A stretch of DNA of 64,000 nt, from positions 6,037 to 70,036 of the forward strand of contig CAMJHQ010000013.1 in assembly GCA_946405625.1 (NCBI GenBank), in the 5' to 3' direction. The notes below the pieces were generated by a model. That model saw only the letters and a program-made list of their open reading frames with translations, did not search any database and had not been told where the DNA came from. The DNA is from an uncultured Lachnospiraceae bacterium. GTDB taxonomy: Bacteria > Bacillota > Clostridia > Lachnospirales > Lachnospiraceae. Position numbers and translations under genes: made by a program. Within the stretch, counting starts at the first letter, position 1, and every line of letters begins with the position of its first letter. Below, in pieces: positions 1 to 9,596 of the stretch.

Positions 1-933
1 AGTATCAACTCTGTCAACCGAATTGACTGTATTGATATTAACTGCATTTACCGGATTAACAGTAATCTTATCCTCAGACTGGGAAACAACCTTGTCATGC
101 TCTGCAAGAGAAGCTTCTGTAGCAGACTCGATAGCTTCGTCAGAAAGAACAAATCCTTCCACTTTGTTTACCGGAATACCGTCAGGAATATCCGAAACAA
201 CTGTTCCTTCCGGAACAAATGCACTGTCCATCTTAGCATTATAATCAGCGCTCTCAGCATCAATGGCTGCCTTCTTGCTGTCACTCTGCTCTCTCTCAGC
301 TCTGAGTGCTTCCTTTATAGCCTTGGTATCAATCTCATTAGTCTTGGCATCAGCCTGGCTGAGCTCCGATCCCACAGCCTTATTGATCTCAGCTTCCATA
401 GCTGCATTACTTGCGGCAACTTCACTGCTCATAGCGTCATCAGCCTTAACTGAATCAGTATTTCTGCCCGCAGCCGATGCGTTAAAACCTGCTCTGAAGC
501 TGTCTATCTTTGAAGCATCCTCATCATCTTCATCTTCTTCGTCCTCATATTCTTCATCTTCATACTCCTCTTCATCCTCTTCTTCGTCGGATGTATCGGA
601 ATCATTTGCTGATGAGGAATAACCTGCCTGAGATGCCTTGAGTGACTCTGCAACGTACTGATTTACCGCCGCTGCAACCTTTCCGGGAGAATTTTCGTCT
701 TCTTCATCCTCCTCTTCTTCCTCATACGAATCATCAGGTTCATATTTCTTTTTAGCTTTTTCAGCCTTTTTACTTGACTTTATCTCGTCCTCATCATCAT
801 TGGAAGATTTGAGAACATGAACTGTCACAACTATAAGTATTATAAGAAAAATCACAAGAATTGCAGCAAAGACAAGTATCATTACTGTCGAGCTATCCAA
901 TTCCTTGAAGAAATCTTTTACTTTATCTAACAT
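1..933 (-). CDS. Hypothetical membrane-anchored acidic protein; the 3' end runs off the window start
   Basis: Minus-strand frame is open from ATG 933-931 (GGAAGG 7 nt upstream) down to base 1, so a complete-ORF track misses it. It translates [41 protein letters not shown] (one TM helix), then a long Asp/Glu-rich low-complexity region. No family recognised. Confidence 0.55.
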   Translation of the reverse strand, partial: MLDKVKDFFKELDSSTVMILVFAAILVIFLIILIVVTVHVLKSSNDDEDEIKSSKKAEKAKKKYEPDDSYEEEEEDEEDENSPGKVAAAVNQYVAESLKASQAGYSSSANDSDTSDEEEDEEEYEDEEYEDEEDEDDEDASKIDSFRAGFNASAAGRNTDSVKADDAMSSEVAASNAAMEAEINKAVGSELSQADAKTNEIDTKAIKEALRAEREQSDSKKAAIDAESADYNAKMDSAFVPEGTVVSDIPDGIPVNKVEGFVLSDEAIESATEASLAEHDKVVSQSEDKITVNPVNAVNINTVNSVDRVDT

Positions 934-1140
934 AACGGTACCTTCCCAAACAAATACATTATAAATTTGCACGCACTTACAAGTATAACGCACAGACCGT
1001 CAAATTTCAATTATGACATTTTTAAAGTGAAATGTGATTTGAGTTATGATATACTGTCGCATAGCTACCGATTTTCGGTAAAATTTGCAGGCTCATACAT
1101 TTATAAAAAGCCTGAAATATATGAAACGAGGAAAACAATT

Positions 1141-2604
1141 ATGGCTAAGATCAGAACAAGATTTGCTCCCAGTCCTACGGGAAGAATGCATGTAGGAAAT
1201 CTCAGAACAGCGCTCTATGCTTACCTTATCGCTAAGCATGAAGGCGGCGATTTCATTCTCAGAATTGAGGATACCGATCAGGAACGTGAGGTTGAAGGAG
1301 CAGTTGACATAATCTATAGAACTCTCAAGAAAACAGGTCTTATCTGGGATGAAGGTCCTGATAAGGACGGCGGCGTAGGCCCATACATCCAGTCTGAAAG
1401 AATGGCAAAGGGAATCTATCTCGAGTATGCCAAGAAGCTTATCGATAAGGGTGAGGCATACTACTGCTTCTGCGATGAGGAAAGACTTCAGACACTTCAT
1501 ACCGAGGTTAAGGGTGAAGACGGAAGTGAGAAAACAATCTTCCACTATGATAAGCACTGCCTCCATCTTTCCAAGGAAGAGATTGAGAAGAACCTTGCAG
1601 AGGGAAAACCTTATGTAATAAGACAGAACAACCCTACTGAAGGAACAACAAGCTTTGAGGATGAGCTCTACGGAACCATCACAGTTCCGAATATCGAACT
1701 TGATGATATGATTCTTATCAAGTCAGACGGCTTCCCAACATATAATTTTGCAAATGTAGTCGATGACCACCTCATGGGTATCACCCATGTTGTAAGAGGA
1801 AATGAGTACCTCTCATCTGCACCTAAGTACAACAGACTTTATGAAGCATTCGGATGGGAAGTACCTGTATATATCCACTGCCCGCTCATTACAGATGAGA
1901 CACACGCAAAGCTTTCAAAGCGTTCGGGACATTCTTCATTTGAAGATCTTCTCGAGCAGGGATTCCTCACAGAGACTGTAGTAAACTTTGTATCACTCCT
2001 CGGCTGGGCTCCTGAAGGAAACGAAGAGATCTTCTCACTGGAGGAACTGGTTAAGCTCTTTGATTATCACCACATTTCAAAGTCACCTGCAGTTCTTGAT
2101 ATGACAAAGATGAAATGGATGAACAGCGAGTATATCAAGAAGCTTGACCCGGATACATTCTACGAGATGGCACTTCCTGTAATGAAAGAAACTATTCATA
2201 GAGACATCGATCTGAGGAAGGTTGCTTCAATGGTTCAGACAAGAATCGAAATCCTGCCTGACATCAAGGATCAGATAGATTTCTTCGAAGCAGTTCCTGA
2301 ATATGATATAGAAATGTATACTCACAAGAAGATGAAGACAAATCCGGAAAACTCACTTCAGCTTCTGAAGGAGGTACGTCCTGTACTTGCCGAAGCAACA
2401 GCTTTCGATAACGATTCTCTCTTCGAGCTCTTGAAGAACTTCGGAACAGAGAAGGAATATAAGACAGGCTTCATCATGTGGCCGCTCAGAACAGCAATGT
2501 CCGGAAAGGCTGCTACACCGGGCGGAGCAACAGAGCTTATGGCACTCCTTGGAAAGGAAGAATCTCTCGCAAGAATCGACGCAGCAATCGAGAAGCTTTC
2601 ATAA
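1141..2604 (+). CDS. gltX: Glutamate--tRNA ligase
   Basis: N-terminus [29 protein letters not shown] carries the class I HIGH-type motif, and KLSKRSG is the KMSKS-type motif. GAGGAA Shine-Dalgarno lies upstream of ATG 1141. The track start at 967 adds a non-conserved extension. Confidence 0.95.
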   Translation: MAKIRTRFAPSPTGRMHVGNLRTALYAYLIAKHEGGDFILRIEDTDQEREVEGAVDIIYRTLKKTGLIWDEGPDKDGGVGPYIQSERMAKGIYLEYAKKLIDKGEAYYCFCDEERLQTLHTEVKGEDGSEKTIFHYDKHCLHLSKEEIEKNLAEGKPYVIRQNNPTEGTTSFEDELYGTITVPNIELDDMILIKSDGFPTYNFANVVDDHLMGITHVVRGNEYLSSAPKYNRLYEAFGWEVPVYIHCPLITDETHAKLSKRSGHSSFEDLLEQGFLTETVVNFVSLLGWAPEGNEEIFSLEELVKLFDYHHISKSPAVLDMTKMKWMNSEYIKKLDPDTFYEMALPVMKETIHRDIDLRKVASMVQTRIEILPDIKDQIDFFEAVPEYDIEMYTHKKMKTNPENSLQLLKEVRPVLAEATAFDNDSLFELLKNFGTEKEYKTGFIMWPLRTAMSGKAATPGGATELMALLGKEESLARIDAAIEKLS

Positions 2605-2615
2605 TACTATAATAA

Positions 2616-2653
2616 ATCGCCGTGAAGCATACACTTCACGGCGATCTTTTCTC
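2616..2653 (+). terminator. Rho-independent terminator after gltX; also serves the convergent minus-strand genes
   Basis: 12-bp perfect stem atcgccgtgaag / cttcacggcgat with a 6-nt loop, followed by cttttctc. The A-rich 5' flank gives a T-run on the other strand. Confidence 0.8.
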
Positions 2654-2682
2654 ATGTTTTGAACTCTAACACTAAACAAACG

Positions 2683-3090
2683 TCATACAGTTTCAAAATA
2701 TAATTCATCTAATGAAAACTTGCTTGGATCAACTCCATCCTTTGATACTGTCCAATCAATTTCTGGTATGTATTTTTTTAAGTCATCTATATCTACATAC
2801 CATTCCCTAACATCGTAACCCTTTACACTTACACAATTACAGCAACTTAAAGCTTCCAAATATAAGTTGCTCAATTCCCCTCTTATAAAGCATATACCAA
2901 CTCTGCAGTTTAGCATAATTGATAAATCTTGATTACATACAAATGCCCATTCTTCACCAGCTTCTTCATCCCAATTAATTGTATTATTGCTGTTTAAAGC
3001 TTTAAGTTGATATAATAATTTTTTAAAATCATCATTATTATAAATTGTTTTATTCTTGGCAATAATCAATTCCTTTAACAAATCTCTCAT
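2683..3090 (-). CDS. Hypothetical small cytoplasmic protein, possible immunity-type protein (family not recognised)
   Basis: ORF with AAGGGG SD 7 nt before ATG 3090 (MRDLLKELIIAKNK...). No TM helix or signal peptide. It is the last gene of a tandem array of small genes that includes a SUKH-type protein. Confidence 0.5.
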   Translation of the reverse strand: MRDLLKELIIAKNKTIYNNDDFKKLLYQLKALNSNNTINWDEEAGEEWAFVCNQDLSIMLNCRVGICFIRGELSNLYLEALSCCNCVSVKGYDVREWYVDIDDLKKYIPEIDWTVSKDGVDPSKFSLDELYFETV

Positions 3091-3154
3091 CGATTTTACC
3101 CCTTTAAGAACCAAGAATGGAATCACTCATACATGACCTTCGTTTTACCTTGAT

Positions 3155-3413
3155 CTATTCTTGATAAAATTGTTTTTTTATTTCTGCATCATTTGAATTA
3201 TTCTTTTCTATATGTGACCATCCCTTAAAACAAATCCTCCGCGGTAATGCCACATCAAAAATATAATCATTAATCGCATCCCAACTGTGCCCACAATTAG
3301 TTTTATATAAAAAATAATCTATCATTTCTTTGTGCTTTCAATTGAATTTCAATATATGCCTCATTCCATGTTCTTTCATCAACATTTGGAAACAAGCCTG
3401 ATTTTTGTATCAT
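3155..3413 (-). pseudogene. Possible frameshifted barstar-like immunity gene remnant
   Basis: ATG 3413-3411 overlaps the TGA of the upstream gene (ATGA). That frame gives 36 codons (MIQKSGLFPNVDERTWNEAYIEIQLKAQRNDRLFFI*) ending in a T/A run. The +1 frame continues YKTNCGHSWDAINDYIFDVALPRRICFKGWSHIEK...YQE*, which resembles the barstar Y-x-x-N-L-D-A-L-W-D core. Similarity was judged from memory only. Confidence 0.3.
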
Positions 3414-3856
3414 ACCTCATTAAATAGGTCTTTATCTTTAATCATCATCCCCAACAAAAATTCCGAAAGACTATTTGTTATTTTAATGAATCTATCCTCT
3501 TTTGCCTCATTATAATAATATACTGGTGGATTATCCCCCTCATCTAATCTAAAAAAGCAAAACATATAGCCTTGGCTCATCCAGAAAACAAAATCATTGT
3601 CTGTTAATGTATTAGAAGACTCATTTTCAACAAGTAAATCTATAGCCCCGTTTCGCAGCATTCCTATCTCATCCATAAAACAAGAGTCTCCCCTCATATA
3701 TCCACCATTTCCAAATTCTTTCATAAACTCTATATATGCTTGAGGAAGAACACCTTTAGGAGATAATTGCATAACTTCATTTATTTCTTTGTCAGTTGCC
3801 TTGATTGGAACTATTCCCAATTCTTTCGATTTTTTTATAATTTGATTTATATACAT
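3410..3856 (-). CDS. SMI1/KNR4 (SUKH-1) family immunity-type protein
   Basis: 148 aa. LPQAYIEFMKEFGNGGYMRGDSCF and the later FVFWMSQGYMFCFFRLDEGDNPPVYYY match the SUKH-1 pattern (L-P-x-x-Y-x-x-F...NGG). No signal peptide. Confidence 0.75.
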   Translation of the reverse strand: MYINQIIKKSKELGIVPIKATDKEINEVMQLSPKGVLPQAYIEFMKEFGNGGYMRGDSCFMDEIGMLRNGAIDLLVENESSNTLTDNDFVFWMSQGYMFCFFRLDEGDNPPVYYYNEAKEDRFIKITNSLSEFLLGMMIKDKDLFNEV

Positions 3857-4167
3857 AAGTCATTCATGTCCTTTTCATATAGTCTATATTCCGTTTTTAG
3901 TGCCTGTTGTATTTCTATTCCGGATATAGATAGCATCTCTTGTTGTATAACTTCTACTATTTTTGAATAATCTCTTTTGTTTTCCTTAAATATAAACGCT
4001 AAGGAAATATAAATACACAGCTTTTCAACCTCACAAAAGCCTTCTCCATATTGATATTCATTCAAAATCGCATTCATTATATGCTCATCACTATCAAATC
4101 CCATTCTGATAAACATTTCATAATCTTCGCGTATATATTCCTTTAGTTCACTATATGAAAATCTCAT
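3847..4167 (-). CDS. Hypothetical small helical protein, possible immunity-type protein
   Basis: AAGGGAG SD 7 nt before ATG 4167 (MRFSYSELKEYIRED...). Its 3' end overlaps the start of the SUKH gene by 10 nt. Family not recognised. Confidence 0.5.
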   Translation of the reverse strand: MRFSYSELKEYIREDYEMFIRMGFDSDEHIMNAILNEYQYGEGFCEVEKLCIYISLAFIFKENKRDYSKIVEVIQQEMLSISGIEIQQALKTEYRLYEKDMNDLCI

Positions 4168-4220
4168 TAGACTTACTCCCTTAATACCCTTTAACAATCA
4201 CGTCTAATCCTTATTAGTAT

Positions 4221-4262
4221 ACAACAAAAATAAACGGCAGACGACACTCTATCGCCTACCGT
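4221..4262 (-). terminator. Rho-independent terminator after the YihY gene
   Basis: On the minus strand, ACGGUAGGCGA / UCGUCUGCCGU forms an 11-bp stem (one G-U pair) with loop UAGAGUG, followed by UUAUUUUUGUUGU. Confidence 0.65.
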
Positions 4263-4274
4263 CTATAATAAATT

Positions 4275-5501
4275 TCATTCACCTGTTATTTCATCATTCG
4301 TGAAGTTATCATCATCACTGACTTTCTTGAGTCGTCTTTTCTCTCGGCGTTTTTTCATCTTCTCAAAAGCAACTACCCTATCCTTGTCTGCTATTTCCGA
4401 CTCTTCGCCATACGACAGTTTATCTGTTTCCACATCAGCTATACCTGCTTCAGCTTCTGTCAGTTTATCCGTTTCCATATCAGCCGTGCCGGATTCGACA
4501 TATGGCAAATTCTCCGTTTCTTCATTTACCACTTCTTCAGTCTCTGCAACACCGCCAACTTCAGCATCAGCAGCAGCCTCCTTGATAAGCCCTTTCTTCT
4601 CCAGCTTTCTTCTTTCCTTCTCCTGCTTTTTTCTCTCTTTTGCTTCCTTCTTCTTTCTGTCGATTTCGGCATCCTCATCCTTATATTTTACAAGGTACAG
4701 ATATTCGTTGATCTGCGCACCGATAAATATCATACTTGATACAACATAGAGCCACATCATCATCAAAATGACCATTGTAAGAGAGCCGTACATATACGAA
4801 CTGAACAGAAACTGATCGATATATATAGATATGATCTTTGTTACAAGTACCCATGCACCTGCTGTAAAAAGGGCCCCCGGAATCTGCCTTACGAATTTCA
4901 GACGTCTTGTCGGAACGATAGTATACAGCAGCCAGAAAAAGATGAAAAGCACTATAAATGTAGCCCCTGTTCTGAGACCATATAAGAACATTGCCAGATT
5001 ATCGAATTTAGGGAATTTATTTATAACGAAAAGAACTATCTGTGTACCGAACATGTTAAGCGGTATCATAATAACGAGCATTACAAGGAAGAGCGCCGTA
5101 TAAACAGAACTGATTCCTCTTATTATCAGATAGTTTTTCTGCTCTCTCGAGCGATAGACTTCATTGAGTCCGTTACGGATTGCCATAAGTCCCTTAGCCG
5201 AGGACCATAGCGCTATGATAGCGGATACAACCGTCATGGTATAAGTTCCGCCCGCATATATATCATCTACGATAGAAATAACGTAATCTTCAAATCTTCC
5301 GGGGATAACATTGCAGATAAGATTTATCAACTGATCCTGAGTAACCGGAAGAAACTTCGATATAGACATAAGAAGGCTGACCATTGGAAAAAAAGACAGA
5401 AATATAAAGAAAGCGGTCTGTGCAGCAAAAGCACCTATATGCTCATCAGCCGTTCCCTTGATAAAATCTCTAAGTCTTCTGAATTTCTCTTTAAATGTCA
5501 T
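4275..5501 (-). CDS. YihY/BrkB family membrane protein with a long charged C-terminal tail
   Basis: MTFKEKFRRLRDFIKGTADEHIGAFAAQTAFFIFLSFFPMVSLLM is the typical YihY N-terminus, followed by about 6 TM helices. The last 130 aa or so are Lys/Glu-rich with ETDKL repeats. Confidence 0.8.
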   Translation of the reverse strand: MTFKEKFRRLRDFIKGTADEHIGAFAAQTAFFIFLSFFPMVSLLMSISKFLPVTQDQLINLICNVIPGRFEDYVISIVDDIYAGGTYTMTVVSAIIALWSSAKGLMAIRNGLNEVYRSREQKNYLIIRGISSVYTALFLVMLVIMIPLNMFGTQIVLFVINKFPKFDNLAMFLYGLRTGATFIVLFIFFWLLYTIVPTRRLKFVRQIPGALFTAGAWVLVTKIISIYIDQFLFSSYMYGSLTMVILMMMWLYVVSSMIFIGAQINEYLYLVKYKDEDAEIDRKKKEAKERKKQEKERRKLEKKGLIKEAAADAEVGGVAETEEVVNEETENLPYVESGTADMETDKLTEAEAGIADVETDKLSYGEESEIADKDRVVAFEKMKKRREKRRLKKVSDDDNFTNDEITGE

Positions 5502-5547
5502 ACGAAACGGGTCACCCCTTTCTTCGTGTCATTTCCAAACCGAATAT

Positions 5548-7980
5548 CTACTGTTCAGTACTGTTCTCAGAATTCTCATCTTCCTCACCGGATTCTTTAT
5601 CAGCATCAGTCTCTTCGCCATTCTCGGCATCTGTCGCAGATGCTTTATCTACATCAGACTCTAACACCTGAGAGTATATATTGTCAAATTTAACGTCCTT
5701 GTAATAATGCAGCAGTATATATCTGTAATCATATCCTGCTTTCGCAAGGGTATCCGCACCATACTGCGAAAGGCCGCATCCATGACCGAACCCGCCGCCG
5801 TGTATCGTGAATCCCTTATCAGTCTTCTCAACATAATAAATCGGGCTCGGAAGCATATTCCAGCCTTCCTGCTTTGAACCGCCGGCAGTCACTATTGAAA
5901 CCTTCTCCGGCGTGATAAGTCCGACCACATTTGTATAACCCTTAACTTTAATAGTTGCTTCGCTTCCCGTTATCAGGATTTCCTGAACAACACCTCCGCG
6001 GCTTCTTGAGATAACCTCAACATCCTGAACATCACCTATGCTCTTCAGATTCTCATCATATTCAAAGCTGTCCGGTCCCGTCATAACCTGAATCCAGTCA
6101 GTGGATCTTGACAGTCTTTCCGGAAGATTTCTGCTTATTGTTTCAGTCATTTCCTTATCTGTAAAATCAATATTCCATCTAAAGAAAGGCATATCCTTCT
6201 CAATCATATTAGAGTTATCGGCTTTCATAAAATCAATGAAATCCTCTTCATCAGACAGATTTGCTTTCGGTTTTTCAACCGTCTCAATATTGTCAGTAAG
6301 ATAAGGCTCCGATTCTTCTTCCCACACCTCTGCATTATTGCATGTAACTCCTGCAGAGGTTGAGAAATAATATGCAACTATAGCATATCCGTCATATGTC
6401 ATAACAGTTCCATATGTCTCATCTACTGCAGCAATACTGATCTCTGTTTCAGGATAATTATTATATGCCTGACACATTATGGTATCATCAACATTTGCAC
6501 CATACGCAGCAAATGTTCCGTCTTCAATATGATTAAATGCATAGCCTCTCGCGCATACGGCAAGTGCCTTCTGCGCCTCAATATCGAAGGAATTCGGAAG
6601 CTCACTCGATACAACACTGTACAGATAATCCTCTATCGAAAGTCCGTTAACAACGTAAAATCCAGCCTTCTCCCTGGTAATCTCTATATATCCTCTGTAA
6701 GAAGGTGATCCATATCCTCTTTCAAGACTGGAAATGTGAATCTTCCCGTCCTGATTGTCCGGCCATAAAGTAATTACCGTTCCGACAGGATAATCCTCCT
6801 TCTTAAATGTAACATCCATCCCCGGATCCAGCACCGCAGGAACCTTCTCATCATCCTCTCCGATTCTCATGAGTATTGTCTCATCGGGAGATACCGTTAC
6901 CGAATCCATCACATAGTCTTCATAGCCATGTTCATTCAGCAGAACTCTTATCTCCTCATTTGCGATTTCCGGATCCTCAATGATTATTCCCTGAACCTTA
7001 TTATCCGAAGAAAGAACAAGTCTTACTTCTTTATAACCCACGATCCTGTTCACCGAATTAAGGCGTACCGGCTTTTCACCCGAGATATCATAAACCTGCA
7101 TATTTTCATCAAGACTGAGCCATGCTTTTCCTTTAAGCCTTATCCTGCTGTCATTAATCGCAAGAACTCTTCCTCTTATCGATGTGGGATTTGACACCTG
7201 ACCGGTAACACCTTCGTTGGTAAATACAATATCCGAAAACCTTCCCGCCTCAAGCTTGGTCCCAGCCTTTATCTTCATTTTCTTCTCTATGTCGCCTGAT
7301 AAAAATGTACAGCCGCTCTCATCAACTTCATAAACCCAGACATTTCTGAGTGTAAAACTACCGTCAGACATTCCGTTAATTTTAAATATCTCTTCGTTCT
7401 TAACATACACATCAACTATCTGCCCGTTGAATGTATCATCGACACGTTTCAAAGAGCAGATATAATCCGTATATCCGTCATTTATTATCAGTTTGTTTTC
7501 TTCTTCTCTAATGGAATCAATGTAGACAGACATTCTTTCGATACCTTCGATTTCACCGGTCTCAAGAATGTTCTGATAGATAAGATCAAACTCTTCTCTG
7601 CTTACTGTTGAGAGGTCGTCTCTTCCGCTGAGTATGTCACTATAAACCTGTTTGGGAAGTCCAAGAGTCTTTGCCAGATTCCTGATATACATTACATTTA
7701 CCTTATCGCTCATGTAAAGCGGATCAACAAGTCTGTCAAGTTTCTCCTCAACCATACTGTCTATCGCCAGAATACGTACCTCATCATATATATCATTGTA
7801 GGTAAGATCACCCTTTTCAATAGACATTATCTCGGCTGAAATGTCTCTGGCCTGCTCGCGATTAGCGTTTTTTATATATAAATACACAAAAAGAGTCCCT
7901 GATAATAATATCAGGGATATTGCTGCTATCCAGCCTGCAGCGCGGCCTTTATGCTCTTTTGAAAACTTACTAATTGCCAC
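5548..7980 (-). CDS. SpoIID/LytB domain-containing protein (N-terminal membrane anchor, large extracytoplasmic region)
   Basis: Carries CARGYAFNHIEDG, YYFSTSAGVTCN and GHGCGLSQYGADTLAKAGYDYRYILLHYYKDV (SpoIID/LytB signature). GTG start at 7980 precedes the TM segment AAGWIAAISLILLSGTLFVYLYI. Acidic C-terminal tail. Confidence 0.85.
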   Translation of the reverse strand: MAISKFSKEHKGRAAGWIAAISLILLSGTLFVYLYIKNANREQARDISAEIMSIEKGDLTYNDIYDEVRILAIDSMVEEKLDRLVDPLYMSDKVNVMYIRNLAKTLGLPKQVYSDILSGRDDLSTVSREEFDLIYQNILETGEIEGIERMSVYIDSIREEENKLIINDGYTDYICSLKRVDDTFNGQIVDVYVKNEEIFKINGMSDGSFTLRNVWVYEVDESGCTFLSGDIEKKMKIKAGTKLEAGRFSDIVFTNEGVTGQVSNPTSIRGRVLAINDSRIRLKGKAWLSLDENMQVYDISGEKPVRLNSVNRIVGYKEVRLVLSSDNKVQGIIIEDPEIANEEIRVLLNEHGYEDYVMDSVTVSPDETILMRIGEDDEKVPAVLDPGMDVTFKKEDYPVGTVITLWPDNQDGKIHISSLERGYGSPSYRGYIEITREKAGFYVVNGLSIEDYLYSVVSSELPNSFDIEAQKALAVCARGYAFNHIEDGTFAAYGANVDDTIMCQAYNNYPETEISIAAVDETYGTVMTYDGYAIVAYYFSTSAGVTCNNAEVWEEESEPYLTDNIETVEKPKANLSDEEDFIDFMKADNSNMIEKDMPFFRWNIDFTDKEMTETISRNLPERLSRSTDWIQVMTGPDSFEYDENLKSIGDVQDVEVISRSRGGVVQEILITGSEATIKVKGYTNVVGLITPEKVSIVTAGGSKQEGWNMLPSPIYYVEKTDKGFTIHGGGFGHGCGLSQYGADTLAKAGYDYRYILLHYYKDVKFDNIYSQVLESDVDKASATDAENGEETDADKESGEEDENSENSTEQ

Positions 7981-8214
7981 TGTTCTTCTTCTTGACTATC
8001 CAGGATGCCGGCTCCTGCCCTTTGAGTCCCAGCCAAGGCCAGGTGGTGATCCTGCATGTATACTTCTGAAGTCCGTTCTGAGACGGCCGGTCATCCATAT
8101 ACAGATTTAGGTTCCCGTATTAAAAGTGTAGGTTCAAAAATATACAGGAGTTATCGTGCATCCCAGATATAAGTTTATTTTCTTCTCAAAAAAGATCTGA
8201 TTTTTATGGCTTAA

Positions 8215-9369
8215 CTATAGCATTTTGTCGGTCATTTGTAAAGCACTATATATGACCGCATCCATGTCGTAATACTTGTATTCTCCGAGTCTTCCGCCAA
8301 AAACAACCTTCTCTTCAGCGTCGGCAAGCTTCTTATATTCTGCGTATAAAGCACCGTTCTTTTCGTCATTAACAGGATAGTAAGGTTCGTCACCCTTCTT
8401 CCATTCTGAGCTGTATTCTCTTGAAATGACAGTCTTCGGAAGGTCGTTTCCTTCCTCATCCTTTCCGAACTCAAACCACTTATGCTCAATGATCCTTGTC
8501 CAAGGTGTCTCAGCATCTGTATAGTTTACAGCTGCATTTCCCTGGAATGAAGGTTTATCAAGAATCTCATTCTCGAATCGCACAGAACGGTACTCAAGTG
8601 TTCCAAGCTTATAATCAAAATATGCATCGATCGGGCCGGTATAGATAACCTTATCAGCAAGCTTATCCAGTTCTTCTTTGTTCTCCAGATAATCGATACC
8701 GAGTCTCACCTCGATACCTTCCAGCATATTCTCTACCATCTTTGTATATCCGCCGATCGGAATACCCTGATAAAGTGCATTGAAGTAATTGTTATCAAAT
8801 GTAAACCTTACCGGAAGTCTCTTAATGATAAAGCTCGGAAGCTCTGTACATGGTCTTCCCCACTGCTTCTCGGTATAACCCTTTATAAGCTTCTCATAGA
8901 TATCTGTACCGATGAGCGATATAGCCTGCTCCTCAAGATTCTTCGGCTCAAATTCTTCAACCGAAACACCTCTTTCCGCAGCAAGTCCCGAAAGTGCTTC
9001 TCGCTTCTGCTCCTCGATTTTTGCCTCAGCCTCTTCAGGTGTAACAACGCCCCACATTTTATTGAAGGTATACATGTTAAAAGGCAGCGAATAAAGTTCA
9101 CCTTTATAATTTGCTACAGGTGAATTTGTAAAACGGTTAAATGTAGCAAAACGATTTACATAGTCCCATACCTGCTTTATGTTTGTATGAAATATATGAG
9201 CGCCGTACTTATGTACATTTATACCCTCAACTTTTTCTGTATATACATTTCCTGCAATATTAGGTCTTCTGTCAATTACCAGAACCTTCTTATCCATATC
9301 AGCTGCTTCTCTTGCGAATACCGCACCGTAAAGTCCGGCACCTACTATGAGATAATCATATTCTGCCAT
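8215..9369 (-). CDS. glf: UDP-galactopyranose mutase
   Basis: MAEYDYLIVGAGLYGAVFA (FAD GxGxxG), NVHKYGAHIFHTN, and a full-length 384-aa Glf-like layout. Confidence 0.92.
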   Translation of the reverse strand: MAEYDYLIVGAGLYGAVFAREAADMDKKVLVIDRRPNIAGNVYTEKVEGINVHKYGAHIFHTNIKQVWDYVNRFATFNRFTNSPVANYKGELYSLPFNMYTFNKMWGVVTPEEAEAKIEEQKREALSGLAAERGVSVEEFEPKNLEEQAISLIGTDIYEKLIKGYTEKQWGRPCTELPSFIIKRLPVRFTFDNNYFNALYQGIPIGGYTKMVENMLEGIEVRLGIDYLENKEELDKLADKVIYTGPIDAYFDYKLGTLEYRSVRFENEILDKPSFQGNAAVNYTDAETPWTRIIEHKWFEFGKDEEGNDLPKTVISREYSSEWKKGDEPYYPVNDEKNGALYAEYKKLADAEEKVVFGGRLGEYKYYDMDAVIYSALQMTDKML

Positions 9370-9596
9370 TTGTATTCTCCTTTATCCTTTGTGTCATAAA
9401 CACACTATTCTAAATCCTTACACGGAACTGACTTTCCGCCTCTGACATTTATGTCACATTATAACCTTAAAACCCGCTTTGCACAATACCATCGGCCAAT
9501 AAATACCCTTCTGATATTTTTTAAAAATTCTGATGATTTATATAAAAGAATGTTTTATACTGATAATAATCAGCTCGAAAGAGGAGTAAATCATAA

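Noticed and set aside
23-622. Three overlapping plus-strand ORFs (73-119 aa) rich in Ser/Leu/Ala
   Set aside because: They are antisense shadows of the longer uninterrupted minus-strand frame (1-933). That frame has a good SD, a TM helix and coherent composition, whereas the plus-strand products are low-complexity.
967-1140. Long N-terminal extension of gltX in the ORF track, and a possible T-box leader
   Set aside because: The conserved GluRS N-terminus starts at ATG 1141, which has its own SD. The upstream 170 nt are too short for a T-box, and I saw no T-box or specifier architecture, only a small hairpin (caggct...agcctg).
7981-8214. Assigning the SpoIID leader to a named riboswitch class (ydaO/c-di-AMP, c-di-GMP-I, TPP, ZTP)
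   Set aside because: Only short fragments (ACGGGAACC, GGGACUCAAAG, GAACCUAAAUCUG) resemble the remembered consensus blocks, and the overall architectures do not fit. It is kept only as an unclassified candidate structure.
8232-9101. Alternative-frame ORFs inside glf (8232-8516, 8883-9101, 8912-9094)
   Set aside because: They are nested within a full-length, motif-supported UDP-galactopyranose mutase CDS.
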